A stretch of 64,000 nucleotides of DNA from Magnetococcales bacterium (GCA_015233935.1 JADFXB010000005.1:4070-68069); one strand, 5' to 3'; counted from the stretch's first letter, positions 17,064 to 28,044 are shown. Notes: generated by a model not told the origin, from the letters alone. Made by a program: numbers and translations.

Positions 17064-17674
17064 GTCCTTCTTAACCTTATTTTTGGCACCAGTTTGGGGG
17101 TGGATTGCCGGATGCGGTCATAGGCTTGGCCGTAGAGGAGCAGGAGTTTTTGTTCTTCCAGGTGGATGCCGATCAACAGATAGAGGGTGGCGCAAACATT
17201 GGTGGCCAGGGTGGCCACATCCCAGGTGCGCGCCCACAAAATCAACAGCAGGGAGGCATAGATGGGATGGCGTACATGCTGATGCAGGGTGGATAATACC
17301 AGGGGTTCTTCGGTGAGGGGTAGGTGTTGGCGGCATTGCCTGAGTTGGAGAACTCCGGCAAAGCGGGGCAGGTCATAGGTGGAGAGGCTCCACAGGAGCA
17401 ACCAGACCCCGATCCCTTGCAAGATCAGCAACAGCCAGGGTGGCGCGGGTTGCAGCAGCAGGGTGGTGGGCAAATAGAGATGGCCGTAGATCATCACCGG
17501 GAGAAAGACCAGGCTGGATACCACATTAAAAATCAACCGCTCCATACAGGCAAAACCAGCCAATTGGGCGGTGATCCAACGTTTAAAGGTCAGGGAGGCC
17601 ATGCCGGAGTGGACCATCCCGAACAGGGTCCACAAGAAGGCATAGATGCCCAGTTCAGTCAGGGGCAGGTTCAT
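17060..17674 (-). CDS. ICMT/PEMT-type membrane methyltransferase family protein
   Basis: 204 aa with 4-5 TM segments. The C-terminal motif HQHVRHPIYASLLLILWA is typical of the isoprenylcysteine carboxyl / phospholipid methyltransferase superfamily. Confidence 0.7.
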   Translation of the reverse strand: MNLPLTELGIYAFLWTLFGMVHSGMASLTFKRWITAQLAGFACMERLIFNVVSSLVFLPVMIYGHLYLPTTLLLQPAPPWLLLILQGIGVWLLLWSLSTYDLPRFAGVLQLRQCRQHLPLTEEPLVLSTLHQHVRHPIYASLLLILWARTWDVATLATNVCATLYLLIGIHLEEQKLLLLYGQAYDRIRQSTPKLVPKIRLRRT

Positions 17675-17766
17675 GGTAATGGATTTCTTGTTGCTGGGGA
17701 GTGAATGTGGTAAACGTGAAATGAGGATACGCCAATTGATTCCGCTGCCAACAGGGGGAGTGTTCC

Positions 17767-19374
17767 ATGAGTCCGTCTTTTCAATATGAAGAACTTTTGC
17801 CTTTGAGCAAGGATGAAACCCCGTTCCGCTTGCTTAGCAACGATTATGTCGCTTCTGATCAGTTCATGGGGCGACCCATGGTGAAAGTGGATACCCAGGG
17901 GTTGACCCTGCTGGCTGCCGAGGCCATGCGGGATGTCTCCCACCTGTTGCGCCCTGGTCATTTGGCCCAGTTGCGGGCCATCCTGGATGATCCAGAAGCC
18001 ACGGAAAATGATCGTTATGTAGCATTTGAGCTACTGAAAAATGCCAATATCGCTGCTGGCATGGTGTTGCCCAGTTGCCAGGATACGGGTACGGCCACCA
18101 TTATCGGTAAAAAGGGTGAGCAGGTTATTACGGGTGGTGGGGATCGTCAGGCCCTCTCCCAGGGGGTTTATCGTGCCTATAGCGAAAACAATTTGCGCTA
18201 TTCCATGGTGGCCCCTTTGACCATGTATGAAGAAAAAAACACCGGCAGCAACCTGCCCGCCCAGATCGATATCGAAGCGGTGGATGGGGCGGCCTATAAA
18301 TTTCTCTTCATGGCCAAGGGGGGCGGTTCTGCCAACAAAACCTTTTTGTTCCAGCAGACCAAGGCGTTACTGAATCCGGCCACCTTGTTGCCCTTTTTGA
18401 AGGAGAAAATTCAGGCCCTGGGTACTTCTGCCTGTCCTCCTTATCATTTGGCCATTGTTATTGGTGGTACTTCGCCGGAAATGGTCCTGAAAACCGCCAA
18501 GCTGGCCTCTGCCCGTTATCTGGATACCTTGCCCAAGGAGGGCAACGCCCTGGGGCACGGTTTCAGGGATTTGCAACTGGAAGCCGAAGTGATGGAACTG
18601 ACCCGGCAGATTGGCCTGGGTGCCCAGTTTGGGGGTAAATATTTTGCCCACGATGTGCGGGTGATCCGCCTGCCCCGCCATGGGGCCTCATGTCCGGTGG
18701 GTATTGCCCTTTCCTGTTCGGCGGATCGCAATGTTTTGGCCCGTATCGATGGCGAGGGCATTTGGCTGGAAGAATTGGAACGGGATCCCGCCCGCTTTTT
18801 GCCGGAGGTGGAGCCGGAATCGTCAGCACCGGTGGTGCGCCTGGACTTGAACCAACCCATGGCCGCCATTCGCCAGGAGTTGAGTCGTTATCCCATTCGT
18901 ACCCGGGTCATGTTGAACGGTCCCATTGTGGTGGCGCGGGATATCGCCCACGCCAAAATCAAGGAACGGCTGGATCGGGGTGAAGGGATGCCCGAATATT
19001 TCCAAAACCATATCGTCTATTATGCCGGTCCGGCTAAGACCCCGGCTGGTTTGGCTTCCGGCTCCTTTGGTCCCACCACCGCCGGACGGATGGACTCATA
19101 TGTGGATCTTTTCCAAAAACATGGGGGATCCTATATCATGTTGGCCAAGGGCAATCGGAGCCTGGAGGTCACCCGTGCCTGCCAGAGCCATGGGGGGTTT
19201 TATCTGGGTTCCATCGGCGGGGCGGCAGCCCGGCTGGCCCAGTGCATCCATAAGTCGGAGGTCATCGACTATCCCGAACTGGGCATGGAAGCGGTCTATC
19301 GCATTGAAGTGGCGGATTTCCCGGCGTTTATCATCGTAGACGACAAGGGTAACGATTTTTTTGCCCAGTTGTAA
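17767..19374 (+). CDS. Class I (Fe-S dependent) fumarate hydratase
   Basis: 535 aa with motifs [15 protein letters not shown] and [11 protein letters not shown] plus a C-terminal beta-subunit-like domain ([14 protein letters not shown]..., MLAKGNRS). Confidence 0.92.
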   Translation: MSPSFQYEELLPLSKDETPFRLLSNDYVASDQFMGRPMVKVDTQGLTLLAAEAMRDVSHLLRPGHLAQLRAILDDPEATENDRYVAFELLKNANIAAGMVLPSCQDTGTATIIGKKGEQVITGGGDRQALSQGVYRAYSENNLRYSMVAPLTMYEEKNTGSNLPAQIDIEAVDGAAYKFLFMAKGGGSANKTFLFQQTKALLNPATLLPFLKEKIQALGTSACPPYHLAIVIGGTSPEMVLKTAKLASARYLDTLPKEGNALGHGFRDLQLEAEVMELTRQIGLGAQFGGKYFAHDVRVIRLPRHGASCPVGIALSCSADRNVLARIDGEGIWLEELERDPARFLPEVEPESSAPVVRLDLNQPMAAIRQELSRYPIRTRVMLNGPIVVARDIAHAKIKERLDRGEGMPEYFQNHIVYYAGPAKTPAGLASGSFGPTTAGRMDSYVDLFQKHGGSYIMLAKGNRSLEVTRACQSHGGFYLGSIGGAAARLAQCIHKSEVIDYPELGMEAVYRIEVADFPAFIIVDDKGNDFFAQL

Positions 19375-19384
19375 ACCATTTTGT

Positions 19385-19409
19385 GGGGTGACGGCTGCAC
19401 CGTCACCCC
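19385..19409 (+). terminator. GC-rich hairpin after the fumarase gene (possible terminator, no clear U-tract)
   Basis: GGGGTGACGG (19385-19394), loop CTGCA, CCGTCACCCC (19400-19409). Confidence 0.4.
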
Positions 19410-19435
19410 TCCTCAAATTATAAGGATTTTCCAAG

Positions 19436-20332
19436 GTGAAACGATTTTCGTTTTCATTGATTTCCTTGTTGACTCTGGTTTACTTGGCAAGTCCCCTTTG
19501 GGCGGAGACCACGGTTCATATCAATCCGTTACCTTCCCAACCGGTGGTGGATGGTAGCTTGGATGAATGGGGCAGCGATGGTTGGCAAAGTTTAGAGACC
19601 AAATCTTCTTTGATGGATGAGGAGGGGGAGGAAGATGAACGTTCTTCCCAATGGCAGCCAGGTCTGCAACTGAAGACGGGAGCCTATAAGGACCACTTTT
19701 ACATGGCGGTCAAATGGCGGGATGATGCTGCCAACACCATTTATAAACCCTGGAAAAAACAAGGTAATAAATACAGTCGCTCCAATCGCAAAGATGATAT
19801 GTTTGCCGTCCGTTTTGAATTAAGGGGCGATTTTAACAGTTGTATGGTTTCCAATCGGGACTATGAAGTGGATATGTGGCTGTGGAGTGCCGGGCGCAGC
19901 AATTTAGTGGGGACGGCGGATGACATGTACCATCGTTATTCCACCAAACTCCTGGATCCAGCCATTGAAATTCCCACCCGGCAGGGGGTGGTTTATATTC
20001 AGAAAATTTTAGATGAGGGGGAAGGTGGTTGGGGATACAGTCGTGCCCCTGCCCAAATGAGGGAGGAACTGGTGACCAGCGTGGTCAAACAGGGAACGCC
20101 CTCTGGTAGTCGTGCCCATGTTGTTGCGGTTGGGGTGTGGAAGGATGGCTATTGGCATCTGGAACTCTCCCGTGGCTTGCGCAACAAAGATGGCAATGAT
20201 GTCCAGTTTATGGCGGAAAAACCGTTGATTGGTCAATTGGCCGTATTTAATGCGGACTATCATATGGCCAAAAAGGTGACCCATAAGCTGACCTTTGACT
20301 TCTCCCAGATGGAAAAAGGGGTATCCCCATGA
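19436..20332 (+). CDS. Secreted EB_dh / DOMON-like (heme-binding, ethylbenzene-dehydrogenase-gamma-type) domain protein
   Basis: Signal peptide MKRFSFSLISLLTLVYLASPLWA. The pattern VVDGSLDEWG...FYMAVKWRDD...DMFAVRFEL...DMWLWSAGRSNLVGTADDMY matches my memory of PF09459. Confidence 0.6.
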   Translation: MKRFSFSLISLLTLVYLASPLWAETTVHINPLPSQPVVDGSLDEWGSDGWQSLETKSSLMDEEGEEDERSSQWQPGLQLKTGAYKDHFYMAVKWRDDAANTIYKPWKKQGNKYSRSNRKDDMFAVRFELRGDFNSCMVSNRDYEVDMWLWSAGRSNLVGTADDMYHRYSTKLLDPAIEIPTRQGVVYIQKILDEGEGGWGYSRAPAQMREELVTSVVKQGTPSGSRAHVVAVGVWKDGYWHLELSRGLRNKDGNDVQFMAEKPLIGQLAVFNADYHMAKKVTHKLTFDFSQMEKGVSP

Positions 20333-21351
20333 ACAGAAAGTTATTATGGATTTTGCTTGGAATTTGGTCTTTACAGGGACAATGGGGTGGGGCTGCCCCC
20401 ATGAACGACCGGAATGCCGCAGCGGAACGGGCGGTGAATCAATTGGAGACCATGCAATTTCGCCTCAACATGTTTCATTATGAAGCAGAGAGCAGCTTGC
20501 GTTCCTCTTTGGAATTGCCTGTTTTTGCGGAATACTTTTCCTTGGAGGATTCAAAAACCAATCGCTACGATGAAATGGGGGTCCTGCAAACCACCCAAAG
20601 GCAAAATTTGCTGCGCAAGCGCATGGAAGAGTGGGCCTTGATCCTCAACAAGCGTTTTCCCATCAATGAAGCCTGCCTGGTGGATCGCCATGGCCAGGAG
20701 CATATGCGCACCGCCGATGGCAAGGTGGAAACCCACAGCCATTTTTCCAGCGATGAACATGGTTCGCCTTTTTTCAAAGCCACCTTTGAAAGGAACAAGG
20801 GTGAGGTTTATCAATCCACCCCTTACATGTCCCCCGATTCTTATCGGTGGGTGGTGTCTTTTACATCGCCGGTGGTATTGGAGAGTGGAGAAAAGCCCGC
20901 CTTTTTGCATTTTGAGTTGCCCCTGGCCTTTTATCAGGTCTTGTTGACCACCAAGAGCACCAGCTTTTCCACCTCGGAAATGCGGGATCCCGACGACGAT
21001 GAGGAAGGTCGCTATTTTATCCTGACCAAAGAGTTGAAGGTGATTGCGGACAGTAAGCAAACCATTGATTTGGAATTGAAGGCGGAGCGTCACCCGGAAA
21101 AAAATGCCCAGCTTCCCGACTATCTTCCCCCGGAACGGTTGGATGACTATCTGCCGGAGGTGACGGCCATTCACAAGGACAGCCAATTTTTACAAGGGGT
21201 CAAGGATGCGGTGGAGCAGGGGAAGGGAATGGTCTCGCTGACCATCGATGGGGTGGAATATGTGATGGCTTTTCTGCCGGTTCCCAATCGACCCTGGATC
21301 ATGTTTCATCTGGATCCGGTGGTTCATAAAGGGTTTTGGGAAAAACGGTAA
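20329..21351 (+). CDS. Hypothetical secreted protein, translationally coupled to the EB_dh-like gene
   Basis: ATGA overlap at 20329-20332 and a signal-like N-terminus (MNRKLLWILLGIWSLQGQWGGAAP). I recognise no motif; a Cache/PDC-like fold is only a guess. Confidence 0.7.
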   Translation: MNRKLLWILLGIWSLQGQWGGAAPMNDRNAAAERAVNQLETMQFRLNMFHYEAESSLRSSLELPVFAEYFSLEDSKTNRYDEMGVLQTTQRQNLLRKRMEEWALILNKRFPINEACLVDRHGQEHMRTADGKVETHSHFSSDEHGSPFFKATFERNKGEVYQSTPYMSPDSYRWVVSFTSPVVLESGEKPAFLHFELPLAFYQVLLTTKSTSFSTSEMRDPDDDEEGRYFILTKELKVIADSKQTIDLELKAERHPEKNAQLPDYLPPERLDDYLPEVTAIHKDSQFLQGVKDAVEQGKGMVSLTIDGVEYVMAFLPVPNRPWIMFHLDPVVHKGFWEKR

Positions 21352-21432
21352 TATCAATTTTTCTTATGGAAATGAATACCCACATGCTGATATACTCGTA
21401 GGAATACCATTCAACAGGAAAGGAAAGCGAAG

Positions 21433-21714
21433 ATGAAAAATTTGGATGTAGCCCACCTGGTTACTGGCGTCACCACGGAAGATGATTTTGACATGGCGGT
21501 TGCCGCTTATGAAAACGGAGATTTTCCCTCGGCTGCCAAACTGTTTCAAAAGTTGGCCGAAGGCGGTGACCAGGAAGCCCAGATCAATCTGGCCCGCATG
21601 ATTCTGGATGGCAAAGCCCCTGGTATGGATCGGCAGGTTGCTGTGGATTTGCTGAAGAAGGCTGAAGCCAATGGTAGCGATGATGCAAAAGATATGTTGG
21701 CAGGCTTGAATTAA
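21433..21714 (+). CDS. Sel1-repeat (TPR-like) protein
   Basis: AAKLFQKLAEGGDQEAQINLARMILDGKAPG... fits the Sel1 repeat consensus; 93 aa. Confidence 0.65.
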   Translation: MKNLDVAHLVTGVTTEDDFDMAVAAYENGDFPSAAKLFQKLAEGGDQEAQINLARMILDGKAPGMDRQVAVDLLKKAEANGSDDAKDMLAGLN

Positions 21715-21735
21715 GTTTCGCCCCAATACCCCGTT

Positions 21736-22530
21736 GTGCCGCCTATTGCGGCGCAACGGCGGCCCGGTATATTCAAAGTGATCACCGATTTTTTTCAACG
21801 TTTATTCCACAAACTGCAATCCCTGCTTCCCATGGTTTTGGCAGCGGCGGTGTTGACCCTGTTGTTGTCCGGTCTGGTTTGGTTGTTGCAGATGTGGGGA
21901 CCGGCCTGGATTTCCCATTGGTTGGACACCCTGTCCGCTGGGGATTGGACCTCCCGTCAGCAGCAGATACGGGGCCTGTTTCAGGAGATGGGCAGTTGGG
22001 CACCGGTGGGATTTTTCCTGGTTCAGTTGGCCCAGGTCTTGTTCGCCCCCATTCCCGGACAGTTGACCGGCATTTTGGGGGGATTTTTGTTTGGCTTTTG
22101 GCCGGGGTTGGGGTTGACCATGCTGGGGTTGACCCTGGGTTCCTGGTTGGCCATTGTTCTTGCCAGGTGGTTGGGTGACCATGTGGTGCACCGTTTTGTG
22201 CCGCCGGAAGTCATGGCCCGTTTTGACCGCTTGTTGCTCGCCGGTACCGTCACCGATTTTTTTATGATTTTTCTACTACCCGCCCTGCCAGACGATGCCA
22301 TTTGCTTCATGGCCGGTCTGACCCGCCTGCCCGTGTGGAAGCTCATCCTGGCCTGCCTCCTGGGCCGCCTGCCCGGCATGGCGGTCTTGACCTTTGTTGG
22401 CAGTAGCGGCTCCCAAAACCAGGATTTGGCCCAATGGATCCTGACCGGTGCCATGGTGGCCGCCTTGCTGGTCTGGCTTTATGAAGATGTTTTTTATCAT
22501 TTGGTGAACCGCCAACAAAACCAGACATGA
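21736..22530 (+). CDS. TVP38/TMEM64 (DedA-related, SNARE-associated) family membrane protein
   Basis: FFLVQLAQVLFAPIPGQLTGILGGFLFGFWPG and LLPALPDDAICFMAGLT are typical of the family. The start is uncertain (GTG 21736 or ATG 21832). Confidence 0.8.
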   Translation: MPPIAAQRRPGIFKVITDFFQRLFHKLQSLLPMVLAAAVLTLLLSGLVWLLQMWGPAWISHWLDTLSAGDWTSRQQQIRGLFQEMGSWAPVGFFLVQLAQVLFAPIPGQLTGILGGFLFGFWPGLGLTMLGLTLGSWLAIVLARWLGDHVVHRFVPPEVMARFDRLLLAGTVTDFFMIFLLPALPDDAICFMAGLTRLPVWKLILACLLGRLPGMAVLTFVGSSGSQNQDLAQWILTGAMVAALLVWLYEDVFYHLVNRQQNQT

Positions 22531-22687
22531 ATGACTATGGAAAACGTGATTGCGCTGCGATCCATGGCAATAATCCAATTCTGGATAAAACGAAAGACAC
22601 CGTTTAACCACCCCTCTGTACGGTTGCATCTTGTCGCCACACGGTATACCCTGATTTGAAATCATTTGGCTGGGCGACAAGGGATAA

Positions 22688-24682
22688 TTGATGGTTCAAT
22701 ATATAACAAGAATTATTGTCATGATGAAAGGTTGGCAGCGGGCCGGGTTGCTGCTGGTGCTCCTCCTGCTGGGGGCTGTGGCCACGGCTGGTTGGGGACA
22801 GGAAGCCCTGCTTGGTCTGTTGCTGGTGGCCATCCTGCTGGGCTGGTGGCAAGGCTGGCAGTTGACCAAAGAGGCCGCCCAACAAGAACGCAGCAATCGG
22901 GCCATCATCCATCGCTTGCTGGAAACCGCTTTACAAACCATGCCGGTTCATCAGCAATTAGATACTCTACTGGATATTTTGTTTACAACCAGCCAGTTTG
23001 ATTTTATCCGCAAGGGGGGGTTCTATCTGCTGGCCGAAGAAAACGATACCCTGCTGCTGGCCGCCCAGCGGGGGTTTGAAACAGAAATGGTCCACCGTTG
23101 CAGTGCCATCAAAAGCGGCCACTGCCTGTGCGGTCGCGCCTGGCAGAATAAAGAGGGACTCTATCTGGCGCGGGTGGAAGATTTGCAATCTGCTGGCGGG
23201 GATCTCTCCCGCCAATATGGCATCTATTGCCAACCCCTGCTGAAAGAGGGGCATGTTTTTGGCCTGCTCACCCTCTACGTGACGGCAGGCCACCGCTTCA
23301 CCAGCCAGCAACAGGAATTTTTGCACACCCTGACCATGACCGCCGTCTCCCTGATGGAAAAGGCGCGGCTGGAAGAAAAAATTCGTCAACAAGCCCAGTA
23401 TGATCCCCTCACCGGCTTGCCCAATCGCGCCCTCTTCCTGGATCGTCTCTCCCAATCCCTGGCCCACGCCCAACGCAACAATGGGGAGGTGGTGGTGATG
23501 ATTCTGGACGTGGATCATTTTAAACAGATCAACGACTCCATGGGCCATACAGTAGGGGACGCCCTGTTGAAGGAGGTGGCCACACGACTGCTCACCGTGG
23601 TACGCAATACCGATACGGTGGCCCGCCTGGGCGGGGATGAGTTCACCATTATTTTACCCAAATTGACCCACCTGTTTTATGTGGAATATGTGGCCCGCCG
23701 CCTGCTGGATGGTTTGCGCCAGCCCATGGAGTTGGCGGGAGCCAGTTTTACCATCACCGCCAGCATGGGCGTCACCGTCTTTCCCCACGATGGTCGGGAT
23801 GTGGAAGCCTTGTTGAAAAATGCGGACAACGCCATGTATACCGCCAAAGATCAAGGGCGGGACGGTTTTCGCTTTTTCTCCGAAGAGATGGGCAGCAAGG
23901 CGTTGGAAAGGCTGGCCCTGGAACAGGCGGTGAAACGGGGATTGGAGCAGGGAGAGTTTATCGCCTATTACCAACCCAAGGTGCATTCAGATGGCCATGT
24001 GGTAGGGATGGAAGCCCTGGTGCGCTGGCAACGACCGGAGGTGGGATTGTGTTATCCGGGAGATTTCATCCCCTTTGCCGAACAAAGCGGTTTGATCGTT
24101 GCCCTGGGAGAACGCATGTTGGAACTGGCGTGTCAACAAGCCAGGGAGTGGCAGTTGGCGGGATTGGGAGATTTGGCGGTTTCTGTCAATCTGTCCGCCC
24201 GTCAGTTGCGACTGGGGGATAAGTTGATTGGACAAGTGGAACGCATTCTTCAACAAAGCGGCCTGCCTCCCCAATTGTTGGAACTGGAGGTGACGGAAAG
24301 CATGATGATGGAAAATTTGTCGGAGGTGCGCCAATTGTTGGAAAGGATTCGAGATTTGGGGGTCAAACTCTCCATTGACGATTTTGGCACCGGCTACTCC
24401 TCCCTGAGCGTCTTGCGCCATCTGCCTATTCAAACCATCAAGATTGACCGCAGCTTTGTGCGGGGGGTGGATTTGGATGGAGACTCCCGCATTCTGGTCT
24501 CCGCCATCATTGCCATGGCCCGTCAATTGGGATTGGCCGTGGTGGCGGAAGGGGTGGAAAGCCTGGAAGAAAAAGAAATCATCGTTGCCGAAGGCTGCCA
24601 GGTGATTCAAGGCTACTACTACAGCAAACCCGTCGCACCGGAACGCTTCGCCGACTACGTGCGCCAGCAAAATTTTGCCTGA
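22688..24682 (+). CDS. Membrane-anchored GAF-GGDEF-EAL protein (both catalytic domains look intact)
   Basis: GAF-like segment (CLCGRAW...GLLTLYV), then GGDEF (ARLGGDEFTIIL). The EAL domain has EALVRW, DDFGTGYSS, KIDRSFV, EGVE and QGYYYSKP. The start may be 22688, 22691 or 22721. Confidence 0.9.
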   Translation: MMVQYITRIIVMMKGWQRAGLLLVLLLLGAVATAGWGQEALLGLLLVAILLGWWQGWQLTKEAAQQERSNRAIIHRLLETALQTMPVHQQLDTLLDILFTTSQFDFIRKGGFYLLAEENDTLLLAAQRGFETEMVHRCSAIKSGHCLCGRAWQNKEGLYLARVEDLQSAGGDLSRQYGIYCQPLLKEGHVFGLLTLYVTAGHRFTSQQQEFLHTLTMTAVSLMEKARLEEKIRQQAQYDPLTGLPNRALFLDRLSQSLAHAQRNNGEVVVMILDVDHFKQINDSMGHTVGDALLKEVATRLLTVVRNTDTVARLGGDEFTIILPKLTHLFYVEYVARRLLDGLRQPMELAGASFTITASMGVTVFPHDGRDVEALLKNADNAMYTAKDQGRDGFRFFSEEMGSKALERLALEQAVKRGLEQGEFIAYYQPKVHSDGHVVGMEALVRWQRPEVGLCYPGDFIPFAEQSGLIVALGERMLELACQQAREWQLAGLGDLAVSVNLSARQLRLGDKLIGQVERILQQSGLPPQLLELEVTESMMMENLSEVRQLLERIRDLGVKLSIDDFGTGYSSLSVLRHLPIQTIKIDRSFVRGVDLDGDSRILVSAIIAMARQLGLAVVAEGVESLEEKEIIVAEGCQVIQGYYYSKPVAPERFADYVRQQNFA

Positions 24683-24698
24683 TAGCCTTGATTCCCTC

Positions 24699-25169
24699 TC
24701 ATGCAGGCTGAATGACCACAAATTCCCCATTCTCGTCCATGCGAATCATTTCCATCCCGGCGTAATGGGCAATTTGCTGGGAGCGGGGATCGGGATAATC
24801 ACCCCCGAAGACCACCCGCAACACCCCCACATTGGCCAGGGCACCCATGCAACCGGCACAGGGTTGACAGGTGACATAGACGGTGGCCCTTTCCAACGAC
24901 ATGCCATAACGGGCGGCGTTGGTGATGGCGTTGGCCTCCGCATGGGCGCAAAGACATAGATCCAACTGCTGGCCACTGGGAATGTTCATCTCCCGCCGCA
25001 AACAGGTCACCGGATGGGGATATCCGCTGGGAACCCCATTAAAACCGGTGGCCAGCAATCGCTTGTCCCGCACAAAGACCGCTCCCACCTTGCGCCCGGA
25101 AGCACAGGTGCTCATTTGTGAGGTTAAACGGGCCATGTCCATCCAATGTTGATCCCACGAAGGACGCAT
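24699..25169 (-). CDS. dCMP (deoxycytidylate) deaminase
   Basis: Zinc motifs CAHAEANA and PCAGC; 156 aa; [15 protein letters not shown] is typical of the ComEB/dCMP deaminase family. Confidence 0.88.
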   Translation of the reverse strand: MRPSWDQHWMDMARLTSQMSTCASGRKVGAVFVRDKRLLATGFNGVPSGYPHPVTCLRREMNIPSGQQLDLCLCAHAEANAITNAARYGMSLERATVYVTCQPCAGCMGALANVGVLRVVFGGDYPDPRSQQIAHYAGMEMIRMDENGEFVVIQPA

Positions 25170-25290
25170 TTTCCCTCCTGTTGCGCTTATAAGTCCAGCC
25201 AGCTATACAAACAGTATAGACCCTCACCCACCCACCTTGCCAGTTGGGGTAAAAAATTTTAGGTTTGTAAAAAGGATGCTAAGGAATGGG

Positions 25291-25320
25291 TTGACTTATG
25301 GTAGCGAAATCTTGAATAAT
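25291..25320 (+). promoter_or_regulatory. Candidate sigma70 promoter of the rpsP operon
   Basis: TTGACT (25291-25296), 18-nt spacer, AATAAT (25315-25320), about 50 nt upstream of ATG 25372. Confidence 0.4.
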
Positions 25321-25371
25321 GGATGGTTCCAGTTTAGCTGTCCCCGGTGTCTTACTAAGAGAGAGTGTTCC

Positions 25372-25632
25372 ATGCCTGTCAAGATTCGTTTGCAACGCAG
25401 AGGTTCCAAGAAACGTCCGTGTTATGCCGTGGTCGCGGCGGATGCTACCATGCCCCGTGACGGTCGTTCCCTCGAAAAACTTGGTACTTACGATCCCCGC
25501 GCCGCCACCGAACAGGTGCGTCTCAACGTGGAGCGTGTCGCCCATTGGTTGGGCGTGGGTGCCATCCCCACCGACCGCGTCGCCAAGTTTATCAAAGAAC
25601 AGAACATTCAGCCAGCTCGCGCCGCCGGTTGA
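25372..25632 (+). CDS. rpsP: 30S ribosomal protein S16
   Basis: [24 protein letters not shown]... is canonical S16. The track ORF (25237) is trimmed to this ATG. Confidence 0.96.
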   Translation: MPVKIRLQRRGSKKRPCYAVVAADATMPRDGRSLEKLGTYDPRAATEQVRLNVERVAHWLGVGAIPTDRVAKFIKEQNIQPARAAG

Positions 25633-25646
25633 AGTCAGCAAATGCC

Positions 25647-26165
25647 GTGACCAAACCCAACTGGTTTCAAATCGGGCAGATCATTGGTGTCTTCGGGGTG
25701 CGGGGAGAAGTGAAGGTGAAACCCTTCATGGACGACCCCACCGCCGCACTGCAAGCCAAAGTCTGGGGTTTGGGCGAATCTGCCCAGGGTTTGCGAGAAG
25801 TCACCCTGGTCCACGGACGACGCCACGGGCCTGGACTTGTGGTCAAGCTGGCAGGCTGGGATAGCCCGGAAGCCGCCAGCACCCTGCAAGGCCAAACCCT
25901 TTGGCTGCCCCGTGAATATTTTCCCGAACCGGAAGAAGACGCCTTCTATTGGCAGGATCTCACCGGCTGTCGGGTGGTGGACGAGGCAGATGGCAGCGAT
26001 CTGGGCGTGGTGCGCGGTCTGTTTTCCACCGGCTCCAACGATGTGCTGGTGGTGGGGCGTGAAGGAGAACGGCAGGAACGACTGCTGCCGTTTATCCGTG
26101 ATGTGGTCATCCAGGTGGACATGGAGAACCGGCGGTTGACCGTCCGGCTCTTGCCAGGATTGTAA
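25647..26165 (+). CDS. rimM: 16S rRNA processing protein RimM
   Basis: WFQIGQIIGVFGVRGEVKVKPFMDDP... followed by a PRC-barrel C-terminus. I chose GTG 25647 as the first in-frame start after the rpsP stop. Confidence 0.9.
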   Translation: MTKPNWFQIGQIIGVFGVRGEVKVKPFMDDPTAALQAKVWGLGESAQGLREVTLVHGRRHGPGLVVKLAGWDSPEAASTLQGQTLWLPREYFPEPEEDAFYWQDLTGCRVVDEADGSDLGVVRGLFSTGSNDVLVVGREGERQERLLPFIRDVVIQVDMENRRLTVRLLPGL

Positions 26166-26203
26166 GGGCATGCCCCCAGGGGGACAGGAATCAGGAGGTT
26201 GCC

Positions 26204-26956
26204 ATGCGCTTTACCATCCTCACCCTGTTTCCCGCCATGTTCGACGGCCCCTTTCAACACTCCATGCTGGCGCGGGCGCAGGAAAAAGGGCTTTTGGATA
26301 TCCAACTGCTGGCCATTCGGGATTTTGCCCATAATCGCCATCAGCAAGTGGATGACAGCCCCTACGGCGGCGGTCCCGGTATGGTGATGAAGGCGGATGT
26401 GTTGGAAACCGCCCTGCAACACGCCACCCGGCAAGCCCCTGCCCATGTGGTGATGATGACCCCCCAGGGTGCCCCCTTCCGGCAGGCCGATGCCTTCCGG
26501 CTGGCAGCCCTTGACCATGTGGTGGTCATCTGTGGCCATTACGAAGGGGTGGACGAACGTTTCGTCCAAAAATATGCCGACGAACAACTCTCCATGGGAG
26601 ATTTTGTTCTCACCGGTGGTGAAATCGCCGCCATGGCCCTGGTGGATGCGGTGGCCCGCCTGATACCTGGAGTGCTGGGAGATCCCCAAAGCTGTCATGA
26701 GGACTCCTTCGGTCAGGGTATTCTGGACCACCCCCACTACACCCGTCCTGCCCAATGGCAAGGCATGGGGTGTCCGCCGGTTCTTACCTCCGGCGATCAC
26801 GGGGCAGTGGCTGCCTGGCGACGACGACAGGCCCTGCTCACCACCTTGATCCGGCGACCGGATCTGCTGGCCGAGGCCAGACTGGATAAAGCGGAACGAC
26901 GTTTGCTCAACGCCTTCCGCCAAATGTTGATGATGGATGAGGATGGCACCTGCTAG
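26204..26956 (+). CDS. trmD: tRNA (guanine37-N1)-methyltransferase
   Basis: [17 protein letters not shown]...[13 protein letters not shown]...[24 protein letters not shown] is the canonical TrmD sequence. Confidence 0.97.
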   Translation: MRFTILTLFPAMFDGPFQHSMLARAQEKGLLDIQLLAIRDFAHNRHQQVDDSPYGGGPGMVMKADVLETALQHATRQAPAHVVMMTPQGAPFRQADAFRLAALDHVVVICGHYEGVDERFVQKYADEQLSMGDFVLTGGEIAAMALVDAVARLIPGVLGDPQSCHEDSFGQGILDHPHYTRPAQWQGMGCPPVLTSGDHGAVAAWRRRQALLTTLIRRPDLLAEARLDKAERRLLNAFRQMLMMDEDGTC

Positions 26957-27020
26957 GTCATCCTCCGGTCAGACCGGCGACCACCAGGTATACCGGCGTT
27001 TTATGGAAGGAGTCTTTCTC

Positions 27021-27422
27021 ATGAATCTGTTGGAACAATTTGTGCAAAAACAAATGGTGGCGCGGCAGGAGATCGTCAAGGATCAAAAAACCCCGCCCGT
27101 CTTCTCTGCCGGTGATACCTTGCGGGTCCATGTGCGGGTCATCGAAGGCAATAACGAGCGTATCCAGGTTTACGAAGGGGTGTGCATCGGGCGTCACAAT
27201 GCCGGTCTCTCCTCCTCCTTTACCGTGCGCAAGGTCTCCTTCGGCGAAGGGGTGGAAAGAATTTTCCCCCTCTACTCCACCCGGGTTTCCAAGATTGAAG
27301 TGATGCGTCGCGGTGATGTGCGCCGGGCCAAGCTCTACTATCTGCGTGGACGTAGCGGCAAGGCTACCCGTATCCGGGAAAAACGCAATTGGCAGACCAA
27401 GAGTGGTTCCGCCGAAGCCTGA
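27021..27422 (+). CDS. rplS: 50S ribosomal protein L19
   Basis: [62 protein letters not shown] 27021 has GGAAGGAG upstream. Confidence 0.96.
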   Translation: MNLLEQFVQKQMVARQEIVKDQKTPPVFSAGDTLRVHVRVIEGNNERIQVYEGVCIGRHNAGLSSSFTVRKVSFGEGVERIFPLYSTRVSKIEVMRRGDVRRAKLYYLRGRSGKATRIREKRNWQTKSGSAEA

Positions 27423-28044
27423 TTTTTTCCACGAACAACCCCTCTGGGACCAAGGTTTCCGCTTCGTCTGTGGTGTGGACGAAGTGGGACGTGGTCCGTT
27501 GGCTGGACCGGTGGTGGCGGCTGCGGTGGTTTTTCGCCAACCGCAGCCCATTACCGGGCTGGACGACTCCAAACGCTTGACCCTCCCCCAACGTCGCGCC
27601 CTGCTTCCCCTCATTCAGCACCAGTGCTGGCATGCCATCGCCTTGGCTTCCGTTTCCGAAATTGATCGTCTCAATATTCGTCAGGCTGCCTTGCTGGCCA
27701 TGTCCCGTGCGGTAGCCCAACTTGCTTGCCAGGTGGATTTTGTCCTGGTGGATGGTCGGGATCTCCCAGTCGGTCTGCCTTGTCCTGGTAAGGCGGTGGT
27801 GGGAGGGGATGGCAGCAGCCAGTCCATTGCTGCCGCCTCCGTGTTGGCCAAACTCTACCGGGATGATCTTATGATTCAACTGGATCGGGAATATCCTGGT
27901 TATGGCTGGCAAGGCAATGCAGGCTATCCCACCGCCCAGCATCGACAGGCCCTCCAGCAATTGGGAATCACCCCCCACCATCGCCGCTCCTTTGGACCGG
28001 TGCGTCAACTGTTGAATACCCTGCCCCTTCAGGATGAAGACTGA
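27403..28044 (+). CDS. rnhB: Ribonuclease HII
   Basis: [20 protein letters not shown] and DDSKRLT motifs. There is no in-frame ATG after the rplS stop, so GTG 27403 (20-nt overlap with rplS) is proposed. Confidence 0.88.
   Translation: MVPPKPDFFHEQPLWDQGFRFVCGVDEVGRGPLAGPVVAAAVVFRQPQPITGLDDSKRLTLPQRRALLPLIQHQCWHAIALASVSEIDRLNIRQAALLAMSRAVAQLACQVDFVLVDGRDLPVGLPCPGKAVVGGDGSSQSIAAASVLAKLYRDDLMIQLDREYPGYGWQGNAGYPTAQHRQALQQLGITPHHRRSFGPVRQLLNTLPLQDED

Noticed and set aside
22531-22687. Possible c-di-GMP riboswitch upstream of the GGDEF-EAL gene
   Set aside because: There is a 9-bp inverted repeat (CTTGTCGCC 22630-22638 / GGCGACAAG 22673-22681). I see none of the conserved GEMM-I or GEMM-II sequence blocks, so it is more likely an operator or a simple hairpin.
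25946-26923. 325-aa ORF on the minus strand
   Set aside because: It is antisense to rimM and trmD, both canonical, so it is a shadow ORF.
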